From: Chlorokybus atmophyticus
Taxonomy: Eukaryota; Plantae; Mesostigma and Chlorokybus algae
Assembly: GCA_009103225.1 (NCBI GenBank)
Contig: RHPI01000777.1
Span: 276,181 to 293,488 of the forward strand
DNA: 17,308 bases
Reading direction: 5' to 3'
Shown in pieces: positions 1 through 9,302 of this stretch (positions are counted from its first letter, which is position 1; each line of letters begins with the position of its first letter). The position numbers and the translations under genes were made by a program. The notes under the pieces are model-generated. The model saw nothing but the letters and a program-made list of their open reading frames with translations, had not been told where the DNA came from and searched no databases.

Positions 1-86
<86 letters not shown>
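1..86. repeat. (TC)n microsatellite, truncated by the window edge; probably the pyrimidine-rich 3' end of an intron of the subtilase gene
   Basis: Uninterrupted TC dinucleotide run 1-86, followed by a ctgCAG acceptor at 102-103. Confidence 0.97.
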
Positions 87-89
<3 letters not shown>

Positions 90-103
90 TGGCGTGCCTG
101 CAG

Positions 104-1660
104 TGGGATCAACCCTTCGGAAACTGCGCTAATGACACATTGATCTGCTCTTCTATACGTTTGGCTCTTCTGAAGTTGCGCACTTTTACGGTGGCGATCA
201 AGCAAACAACGTTGGTGGCGATCCAGTTGCGGTACGCCAGCCGCTGTTGAATGAGGATGTCAAATTAATCTACAGCGCGCTAATTACGTTTTCTGCAGAT
301 GTTCACCTTAGACAACACTGACAGCATTTATGATGGTTATGCCTACCTCGCAATCCAACGCGCGAGTGGACCAGCACCGCACCGCGTTAAGTATGTTTAC
401 CACGGTGGATATGGACCAACCGAGTACATCACGAATTCTGCAGAGTCCTTCGGTCATTCACAGGCCCGTGGTTGCTTCTCCACTGCCGCTGCATCGTAAG
501 TGGTAGTGGACATGGTCATGACCTGCATAACAATGGTACAGTTTACTTTAGCAGCGATAATTCTCTGGTTGTAAACAGCTATCCAAAGACGCCACCATTT
601 GGGTAACTCCTGCTGTTGTGGAGGACTTCAGCTCTCTCGGTGGTGTGCCCACACTCTTCGACCCCCCGGGCACAAGGTCAGTCCCTGCAGCATCACAATA
701 CATTGCTACTTCTGCGCATTGCGATGCATTGATTGCTGAGACGTCCCTCAAATGCAGGCTTGCAACGCCTGTCATCCGTCTCAAGCCCGATGCAACTGCC
801 CCTGGTGAGTGTCTGTTGGCTTAAACACACCCTACACACATGAGCACATGCGCATGCACGCGCACATTACTGTCACAGCATGCCTCTTGCTGCACGTGCG
901 CGCACGTGCACACATGCGTGTGCACTCAAATCGACCCTACAAGACAACATGCACATGCACATGCACATGCACGCACACACCACTGCCACATCATTGCCGC
1001 TTGCACGACTGTCCGTGTACACACAAACACACTCAAAATCCTATATGCACAAGCACATGCACGCGCATGTGCATACAAGCGCGCGCACACTCCAATGTCA
1101 CGGTGTTGCCTGCTCGCATTTATGCGTGCGGGGAACATACATGCATGCACGCACGCACACGTGTGTTCGCGCACATGCGCATGCAAGCATACGACTGTCA
1201 CAGTATTGCGCTTGCTAATCTGCTGTTTGCTTGCTACAGATGGTACAGACACAACTTTCTTCGGTGAGGACAGCGATTCCAACAACTTGCCCAACTTTTT
1301 TGGCACCTCAGCAGCAGGTGATATATGCAATTGCTGTCGTATGGCAGTTGTGTTTGCTATTGACGGCTCTGAACCTGTACACACTTGTTGTGCAGCTCCA
1401 CATGCAGGCGCTTTGGCAGCGCTTCTGCGCCAGGCCAACCCGAGTTTGACTCCCGACCAAGTGTACAATATCCTGAGACTTACTGCTGATGACATGAACA
1501 ATCCATACACCCATGGGTTTGACTTTGGCTTCGACTTTTCCACTGGGTGAGTAAGACATTTCATAGTCTTTGTGCCGCTATCTTGTCGAAAGTTTACACC
1601 TGTTGTCACTTACTTTGAGACTTGTGCAGGTACGGTTTTGTCAATGCCTTGACCGCATAC
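104..1660 (+). other. Peptidase S8 (subtilase) C-terminal half; catalytic Ser in GTSAAAPH, split by the intron 1318-1395
   Basis: Motifs GH..A.G...A, FSS.GG.P.LFD..G.R, KPD.TAPDG, NFFGTSAAAPH, ANPSLTPDQV..IL..TA and G.GFVNA are the conserved subtilase C-terminal series. Confidence 0.92.
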
Positions 1661-2890
1661 ACGGCCGCCAAATGCCGCATTGCATGCGGGACGACCACCG
1701 TGACATGGCCATTCTATCTTGATCCCGGGTGCGGTCCGCAAGGGTTCCAGCTGACCTGCAACTCAGGGGTGCTGAGCTACGCCACACCTTCCGGGACCTA
1801 CCAGATTGCGCCACCCCTTCGCACGGACTACTTGCTGCTGCCGAGCGCAGTCACTACGCAGCTAACCGCGTACGGCTGCCCCACCGGCAGCACCTCAAAG
1901 GGCTTGTCCACCATCGGCACGCCATTCAACATCAGCGGAAGCAATGTGGTCATGGGCTATGGTAACAATGTGAAGGCAAGCTTCACCACCTACAGTGCGA
2001 ACAATGCTCAGATCAGGACTGCCAGCTGCACGACCAGCAACACCAACGTGCCAACCTACTGCAACGGCACACGGTGCTGCTCGATGCCTCAAAGCCAGGC
2101 CGCCTTCCGCATTGCCTTCTCCAGCTCTGGTGGCTGCGGCGGTGCGGATATTTTGTGGCCTGCAGCAGTGAAGACCACACCTGTCACCCCGGCCAACGCC
2201 AAAGTCAACTACTTCCTGCGCTTGGACTTCACCGCACCACCTAGGTACGTGCTGCTTTTATACACTGACACTCTCGGAAAGACGTCTTTGCAGCCCAACC
2301 AGTGCTGTACCCGTAGCTTACACACAATTTCCGTCAGGCCAAAAAGCACGCAAGGTTGTCCCGCAGCCATCTGGTCTGCATCATCTTACACGTGCCGCTG
2401 GCCCTACAACCTGCCACGCACAACAACGCTCAGAGATGCTTTTGCGAGCACTGCAGCTAACAAGGCCATTGTGGACTCACGCTTCCCCTCCTCGACCACG
2501 CTGCAGCAAGCGTTGACTTCTACTGGAACGAGCGTGGTAACTGTCCTCATCAGTGCCAGTTGCGCTTCACTGCATCTGCAGAAACTCTCCTTGACTTGTC
2601 TACCTGTGTGTACAGTATGCCAAACTGGGAGTCCAGGCAGTAGTGGCATTACTCAACGCTTACCAGATACGTTACCCGCTGTACGTTAGCGAAGTTCAGA
2701 CGCAGTTCCTGGCTGCATTGAAATCCACTGGAGACCGTAAGTGGTCATTGCGCCTGGGTTACGCCTGCAACACTGCATAATCATCATCAGCTGACATGGT
2801 GTGCTTGGCTTGTGTTGTGCAGCTATCGCGCTCATCAGCATATTCACGAGAAACAATGTAAACAAGTGGTGCCCGCTCACCATATGCTAA
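104..2890 (+). CDS. Spliced gene, 5' end outside the window: S8 subtilase + WAK-like Cys-rich ectodomain + PDF1-like C-terminal domain; two frameshifts (recent pseudogene or consensus errors)
   Basis: Inferred exons 104-231, 299-495, 579-676, 758-804, 1240-1317, 1396-1546, 1630-2244, 2338-2536, 2616-2736 and 2823-2890 (TAA 2888-2890; ten segments, the first two domain-bearing ones disrupted). All introns are GT..AG, phase-compatible and 67-93 nt except one of 435 nt. Joined protein: WDQPFGNCAND/IDLLFY..GGDPVA|MFTLDN..GHSQARGCFSTAAAS|YPKTPPFG/VTPAVVEDFSSLGGVPTLFDPPGTR|LATPVIRLKPDATAP|DGTDTTFFGEDSDSNNLPNFFGTSAA|APHAGALAALL..GFDFSTG|YGFVNA..CGTTTVTWPFYLDPGCGPQGFQLTC..|..QGCPAAIW..|YAKLGVQAVVALLNAY..|PIALISIFTRNNVNKWCPLTIC*. 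Frameshifts at ~137 (extra AC) and ~601 (one G missing). Confidence 0.85.
826..1195. repeat. Alternating purine-pyrimidine low-complexity tract (CACATG/GCAC) inside intron 805-1239
   Basis: Dense CA/TG/GC dinucleotides; perfect 20-bp palindrome TGCACGTGCGCGCACGTGCA at 891-910. Confidence 0.9.
1670..2100 (+). other. WAK-type galacturonan-binding (GUB_WAK_bind-like) Cys-rich extracellular domain
   Basis: C..ACG..TVTWPFYLDPGCGPQGFQLTC matches the WAK pattern C..xCG.v.I.YPF....gC...gF.LtC. Downstream TPFNISGSN and CNGTRCC match the WAK PF..S..N and C.G..CC motifs. Confidence 0.8.
2350..2890 (+). other. PDF1 (protodermal factor 1)-like C-terminal domain
   Basis: Spliced sequence GCPAAIW...WP..TLRDAF...TTLQQALTSTG.SVYAKLGVQAVVALLNAY..RYPLYVSEVQTQFLAAL..IFTRNN...CPL follows the remembered PDF1 pattern GtC.yW...v..AF...L.qAL.nt...L.regtA.lLNs...fP.t..qV...F.aaL.....F..aNe. 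Confidence 0.65.
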
Positions 2891-5342
2891 GGCGGTTATG
2901 CAATATGCCGACCAAAAATATGTTTCATCCATACTTCCTCTTGCAATGCAAGCTATGCGTTAAAAGTAGGACACAGATAGTAGATCAATAAGTTGTGGGA
3001 TGTCGCTGAGCAACCAGTTTTGTTCAATTGGACCACACGTTGGATACAGTAAAAATGATCTAGGTTTGTCCCATGCGGAGTGTTCACCCGTGCAGCATTG
3101 CTAATCAACCTCAACATGGTTGTCAATGTAACTTGTCACATAGTAGCAACGATTTGTGGTCGTGCTTGCCAAGCACTGTTTGTGGCAGTCACTGTATAGT
3201 AGGAAATTGCGTACACAGTTGCTCTCTTATAGCATATACCGTTTGGATTGAGGAAAGATGTGCTGTACATATCTTGTGCGTGCGTAGGGGTTTTGCACTG
3301 CCAAGTTCGCAGTTACACTACTTGCAATTTACTTAATTGGTATTTGAGTGATTGCATATTGCAAGTAATCCTATAATTATCTGCTCACCATAGGCAGGCT
3401 GTGGACTTACAGGTGTTTAAAATGTTCACCAGAACCTTTGTCACCTTTTTGTAGGGGCGCCTGCTGCCGCGCATCCTCTCTACATTGTTCCATCGTCACA
3501 TTGGGACCTCCGCAAATGAAACTGAAAATTGCGGGAAGTTGTTGCTGTATCGCGCTGCACTAGTACATGCACCAACTTTTCTTATTTTTTTTTATTTTTT
3601 TTTACCAACAGTATGCAAAGACCATGTTTGTAGCAACGCATATCGCTCTCAGCATGCAAACAACCTACAAAGTACCTCATACTAAAACAAGCAGCAAAGG
3701 TTTTTACAGGTGTGCAAGCCATATTGCACGTACACTTGTACCAACCAACACGACTACCTCTCTCAACAAACTGCTCAAGACCAACACAGCCCACAACGGC
3801 AACAAGGCAACTTGGTGATTTGTCAATTGCCCAGTTTTAAAAGAACAGGATGGTAAGAGCACAGGTTGTACGCAGCTGTGAGCTTTACGTGACTGCTCGC
3901 TGGCTTTACATTATAAAGCCGACAAGTAGTCAAGTAAGCACACACGAGAAGCTTCTCGGGTGTGTCTGTGTGTAAGCGGAGACGCCAGCTGTGTCTGCGT
4001 GCGAGTTAGCGACCGTCACCCGAGCGCATGGCCACGGTTGGTCTGCTTCTTCTCCTCTTGCGTGCCCGCAAATCCCGCCGCCGCCGCCACCTCACAAACA
4101 GTCTGTGTGAGGGAAGCTGCTCTCAACATGCATGTCACTGCAGGCTTGCGCACTGCAGCGCCCTGCTCAGCGGCACGGCCGGGCATCCGCCTTGCATTTG
4201 ATCTTCAACGCATTGCGAGGGTTGGCTCAAAGTAGGTAAATTGGGACACAAAAGGGGGAAACCCGGGTCGGAACGCTAAACACGAGAGAAAAATGTTGCG
4301 TCATGACGCAAAACCCGGCAAAAGACCCAATATAGTGATGTACATTATGTAAGGTGGGCAACGCGATCACAGGTAATCCCAATTTTCATTGCCGCGTCTC
4401 TGCTTAGCCATTTTGCGCCGAAGACTAGCTCGGCTGTCGACCATGTTGGATGTCCGTATTATGTTAGCGTACAATCCGTTATTGGTAAGTGATAGATGCG
4501 ATGTAGTTAAAGCGATCATCTGTGATGGCGGCATGTGTTTGGGGTATGGGGCATGCACCGACCTCGTACTGCCAAAAACGTGTTTGTATTGATCGTACCG
4601 TATTTGCGTTGAAACACCAGTGTCTCGGCTCACCATTAAAACACCATTGCCGCCGGGATTATAACTTAAGCATCTGCAGTTAATGGCACATCTGCGGCCT
4701 TTTTGGCAACGCTTGCTGTTACAGTTGCGACACCATGTGATTAACGCCTTGTATAACCAATCCGCTGCCTAGCGACGCAAAATATCGTTCAGTTGAATCT
4801 TAACGTGACGGTAATTAACGTTAGCATATTTGTCGAGTAGCAACCGCATTATTACACTTTGCATTTTTGATGCTTTAACGTTTTGTTGGTGTTACCCAAC
4901 ATTAAATACAATGTCAGCTCTACTAAGCGCTGTGTGTATTATTATTAAGGTGACTTAAAGAGCACAATTTAATGACCATCAGTCAAACACTCTGTGCTCC
5001 AGCGTTTGAGTGATTGCCAAGGGCAAACACCGCGCATGTATAACCTTCAATCACCGCCCGTTTTCAACGGCGAAATGGAGACATGTATTTACATATTTGG
5101 GCAAGTCGACATTTATTGGCATATAAGAGCAATTGAATGCATGGGGATGTGCTTTGTGCTATGTTGAAAAGATCTCACGGCTTTAGGCTTGTAGCAGTCC
5201 GAGCGCAAAGCCATAAAAAACGATGCCGCTTGAGTTCGCGCCGCTGATGGAAGTCTGTGGCTGGGCCGCGTGACTCAACCGTTGTCAGCGTAGATTAAAG
5301 TTGTTATGGGGTATGAGTTGTCGGCCATTGTGCGTTGATGTC

Positions 5343-6320
5343 GGCAGCTTGGCTCCCATGGGCATGGGTGTCACCTTGCCTTTGGCGTCTCCCATTCTAG
5401 ACTTCTTCACGATCCTTTTCGCCATCTGCTCTTAACTGATTTTGCTGTGTTGTTGTTGTCTCTTTCAATCACCACCTTAAGAAAAGCTTCACCTTTCCCA
5501 GATCCCGCATGTCAAAGCTAGCCTTCAAGGATGCCTTCGCCTCCTTCAGGTCCCGTAGCTTCTCAGCAGCAGCCATGATGTCGTCGACGTGGACCAACAG
5601 CAAGATAGTCTTCTCCTTTTATGTGAACAGACCAAGATCAGCTTTAGAAAATGTGATGCCAATCTTCTCCAACTCCTTGCTGAGCCGGATGTGCCATACT
5701 TTTGGCGCTTGCTTGAGCCCGTACAGTGCCTTCACAAGTCTGCAAACAGTGCCAGGTTCTCCCTCCTTATAGCCCTTGGGTTGCTGCATGTAGATCTCCT
5801 CCTCCAACTCTTCGTAGAGGAATGCAGTGTTCACATCCAAGTGATGCAGCTCTCAATCTCTAGCTACCACAAGTGCAAACATGGTGCAAAAGGTCACAAG
5901 CTTACCAGCACGGGCGAACACCTCATTGTAGTTGATGCCATTTTGCTTTAAGAACCCTTTCACCATCAATCGTGCCTTGTACCTGTTGATGCGGCCTTGC
6001 CCATCGCGCTTGATCTTGTACACCCACCTCACAGGTAAGGGCTTTACTTCAGGTGGGACCTTCTCCAGCCTCCAAGTGCCATTGGCGTGCAAGGATGCTA
6101 TCTCCTCGTCCATCGCATGCCGCCACAGCTCCGCATCTTAGGCTGTAACCTCCTCATATGAGGTAGGCTCCTCTTCCTTGGTTGATGCTACCAAGCTTTT
6201 GAAGTGTTTTGTGTCAGGTCTTGTGCTCCTTAGCATGTACCTGGGCTTCTCCTGTACCTTTAAGAGCTTCTTTGTCCAGTGCTTCTTGATACCGATGGCT
6301 GGTGTTGGTAGCTTGGTCCT
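5343..6320 (-). mobile_element. pol: Ty1/copia fragment ('copia C'): integrase-RT linker and decayed reverse transcriptase, truncated at both ends
   Basis: EPTSYEE..W..AMDEEIASLHANGTW, KARLMVKGF, DVNTAFL, KALYGLKQAP, LLVHVDD (YVDD mutated), FDMRDLG and TPMP; in-frame stops and a frameshift near 5480; no RNase H or LTR follows. Confidence 0.95.
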
Positions 6321-6322
6321 TA

Positions 6323-6830
6323 CACAGGGCTTTTTACATGCGGACCAGTCGTACGCGGCCCGCAGATCACGTCTGGTTCGCTGCGGCATACCAGTGCCGC
6401 GACTGGTTTAGCATGACCGGACCATCGGTGGTCCCACCCCGGAGCCTAATGGCTTGGTCCAATAGACCGGACCAGGGCTGGTTGCGGGCCCCGCGGCCTG
6501 CGAACCAGTGCAGCACTGGTCAGCACGCAGCTTGAGCAGTAGGACCAGGGCTGGCCGCGCCCCCCTCGGCCTACGAAGCAGAGAAGCACTGGTACAGCAC
6601 GCGTGTACTGTACGGACCGATTATGGTTCTGCCAAGCAGGACCATGCTGCATTGGTACGGTCGCAAGCGGCCCTCGTAGACCATGCCTGGTCTCGGATCA
6701 GCACTCAACGACTGGCTCATGAATGTTACGGACCAGGGTTGGAGCGGGACATTGGCATCTACTTGGACCAGATCATTGCGTACCTAGCCTGAGCACGACG
6801 ACACAACACCTGGTCCTTTGCTCCCACGGT
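6323..6830. repeat. Candidate left terminus and subterminal repeats of the CACTA-like element
   Basis: About ten GGACC/GGTCC motifs in both orientations; GGACCAGGG(C/T)TGG occurs three times (~6469, 6542, 6731). Confidence 0.6.
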
Positions 6831-6891
6831 CATGTACGCCAATGCTAAACGAGTAGCAGGCACTCGGCTGCATGGTCCCCTGTCCATTTGC

Positions 6892-6899
6892 TAGGGTTT
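6892..6899 (-). promoter_or_regulatory. Telo-box-like motif AAACCCTA upstream of the transposase exons
   Basis: TAGGGTTT at 6892-6899; a single 8-mer, so it may be chance. Confidence 0.2.
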
Positions 6900-6959
6900 T
6901 AGGCTTGCGATGCAATCTCCGCGGCGGCGGCGGTGGCGATAACCTTTGGGGCAGCTGGT

Positions 6960-7620
6960 TTCGTGGGTATTACGCATGCACCCAGCATGGCGGACCGAAA
7001 GCAGCTAATATTGCTGAAAGACTCCACCAGTCTATTGCACTTAAACTACCTGTAATCAACGAAGCAGCTTGGCGCAAGCAGAAGCAGCATTCCAAGTTGG
7101 TTCTCAACGCAACGCAAGGTCTCTTACGCCAGAATGACTGGGAGTTAAGCCAAAGAGAGCAAGCTCTTGCTCGCAGAGAAGCTGAGGTGTCCCAACTTTT
7201 GTCTGATAGCGGCCTCGTTGGTGACAACGCGTCCCCCATGAAGGTGGATGGGCGCGCAGACCCCTCACTCGGGTAACATTCTTGCCCCCACTGGCTAGCT
7301 TTCAAGCCCAGTTGTTTGCGACATCCAACACAGCTTGCACAGATTTCTTGAAAGCTTTGAAACTTTGTCCTGCTATGAGCGTGCTTGCAGTTGTTAAGCG
7401 CCTACTATTACGCCCTGCAGGCCAGCTTCAATAGCTTAGCCTGCTGCTCACCCCCTTGCATCCGCTGACCAGCCATCCACTTCGCATTCCCCTGTCACCG
7501 ACTGCTGAAGCGGGAGGTGGAGCATTCGCCGACAAACCATCTCATCATGTGGAGAGCCAACAGCAGCAGCAGAATCGTCAGATTATCTGCGACCGCAGTT
7601 CTAATGGATGCCGCGGCATG
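6960..7620 (+). pseudogene. Possible 5' exons of the transposon gene (helical and Q-rich segments)
   Basis: ORFs 6872-7276 and 7456-7662 contain protein-like stretches (LHQSIALKLP..QREQALARREAEV; SQQQQQNRQ), ending at a G|GTAAGC donor at 7621; no recognisable domain. Confidence 0.3.
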
Positions 7621-7659
7621 GTAAGCAGTGCGGCTTATGAGTTTTGCATTCCATCTGCA

Positions 7660-7812
7660 TAAACACTGTTCAGTGTCTACGACTTATGCAGTCCATTGCT
7701 GTGACCCAAAGCCTTATGGGAACTGTCCAGTGTCTACAAGTTATGCATCATATGCACTAAACAATGCCAGTCCGGTCTATGACACAGCCATGCACGCGTG
7801 TGTCTTGCTTGT
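7660..7812. repeat. Intronic 57-bp tandem unit plus 59-bp terminal block, copy 1
   Basis: cactgttcagtgtctac at 7664 and aactgtccagtgtctac at 7721 (period 57); block 7754-7812 matches 10861-10919 at 55 of 59 positions. Confidence 0.85.
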
Positions 7813-9153
7813 GTTTCTTATATATATAGCGTGCTGATGTGGATTGGTGTTGATCGCTGGCTAGCTGAGCAAGCTCTGTCATCATGGATGGTGGACAAAG
7901 CTGTTACAAGGGCGCACCGTGCACTTGACCTGGCAGTTGCCGCAAGCAGGTGGGCACCACCTATTCCCCCTAGTCAACCTCCCGAGCCCAGGCAACCACC
8001 GTCAGAGTCTGCTACGAAGAAGTGGCTGGATATCTACCTAAAGATCGTGACAGCCCTGGAAGATTCTGGTGTCCAGGCGGCTCTCGTCAACGAGATTATG
8101 TAGTTCATCTTGGGCCAGATAAATTCTGTGGTCAAGCTGGCCTTGGAGGTTCCTTTGTAACACGAGCAGTTACGGGATGACATCGCCAGCCTCATAGGCG
8201 ACATAATGTCGAACAGCCCTGTCACGGATGAGCTGCCGACCGACATTGCCGCCGTGGATACACTAGCCGCGCTCGGCATGCCTGTTCCTCAGCGCCTGAC
8301 CGTCTGTCCCACATGCAAGTACTTGTTTGATGCACCTTATCCCACACTCAATGAAGATGACGAGGACTGGGACACGGGCGAGACCAAGCAAAAAATGATT
8401 GATCGCATCGCAACACACCGTGCGGAGGGGGATGCGGCAGGGTTCGCAAAGAATGTTGCAATTTCTTGTACAATAGTATAGGTGCCTGGCTCAGCGCCAA
8501 GTTAGATGTCCCTTCAATTGCTCACGACTATCTAGAGGAATGGCGCCACAAAGATGAATGGATGCATGTCCCTGTGGAACAACTACCCGCTGCAAACACT
8601 GAGTACCGGCATGGTGCGGAGAAGCGGCATCACTGCAGTTTCTGGGACCCTCGCCACAAAATCAAGCTGCCTGTTTCCTGCGCATTCTGCTACCACATCC
8701 CGGACGTCGACTTGGAGCATCACAGCGCAGGAGATCACGTGACAGTTGAATGCTCAGAGTGCCACAAACCCAACCATCAGATGGTTGGGTTTGTGCAGCA
8801 AGCTCTTGGCGACCCTCGCAACATAGCCCTGTTGATCCACGCCGACGGCTTCAGCTCAACAACCACTGTGAAGCACAGCTGCACCGTGGTCAGTGCCTCT
8901 GTACTCAATGGAGGGAAGCATTTTCTCATAGGAGTCTTCCTTCATGCCTTTGCTATTTGTCCCTACTAATTAGCTCCCGAACGGTGTGGACAGTCTGGAG
9001 CCCTTTCTTAAATCACTGGTGCGTGACCTGGAGAACCTCTACTTGAACGGCTTCACTGTTCGTTATGGCCTCGACTCCAATCATGATGACAGCCGCGTGC
9101 TTGATCGACGACCAGGTAATGACTTGGTTATCTCATGTCATATCATCTTTATC

Positions 9154-9302
9154 ACCCAAAGTCTCATAGGCACTGTCCAGTGTCTTATGCAGTCCGTTGC
9201 TATGACCTTAATCTCATAGGCACTGTTCAGTAGCTGCAACTTTTTATAGCATATCTGCCTTCTTGCGGTCTATGAAACTGTCATAGGCTGCACTGCTCAG
9301 TG
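9154..9302. repeat. Intronic tandem unit, copy 2 (shortened)
   Basis: ctcataggcactgt at 9163 and 9213, and a degenerate tcataggctgcactgctcagtg at 9281, inside intron 9116-9362. Confidence 0.8.

Noticed and set aside
809-1267. His/Cys/Ala/Thr-rich ORFs (809-1267, 840-1550 5' part, 880-1218, 926-1609)
   Set aside because: They are artefacts of the stop-poor purine-pyrimidine repeat in an intron bounded by good GT/AG sites.
2245-2337. Reading ORF 1622-2689 as one exon, or using the AG at 2292-2293
   Set aside because: A 93-nt in-frame GTACGT..TCAG intron fits the size of the others. The nearer AG gives a 49-nt out-of-frame intron, and the ORF tail after 2536 loses the PDF1-like motifs. Retention of 2245-2337 cannot be excluded.
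2891-4235. Short ORFs 3073-3336, 3485-3685, 3567-3818, 3582-3794 and 3960-4235
   Set aside because: They show no recognisable motifs and no coherent splice pattern; likely 3' UTR or intergenic DNA.
4820-4860. Ankyrin-like MRLLLDKYANVN on the minus strand
   Set aside because: It lacks the preceding TPLH helix motif and any second repeat.
4203-5340. Possible TIR pair CTTCAACGCA / TGCGTTGATG bounding a 1.1-kb element
   Set aside because: Only 8-9 bases match, there is no TSD, and copia sequence does not resume left of 4203.
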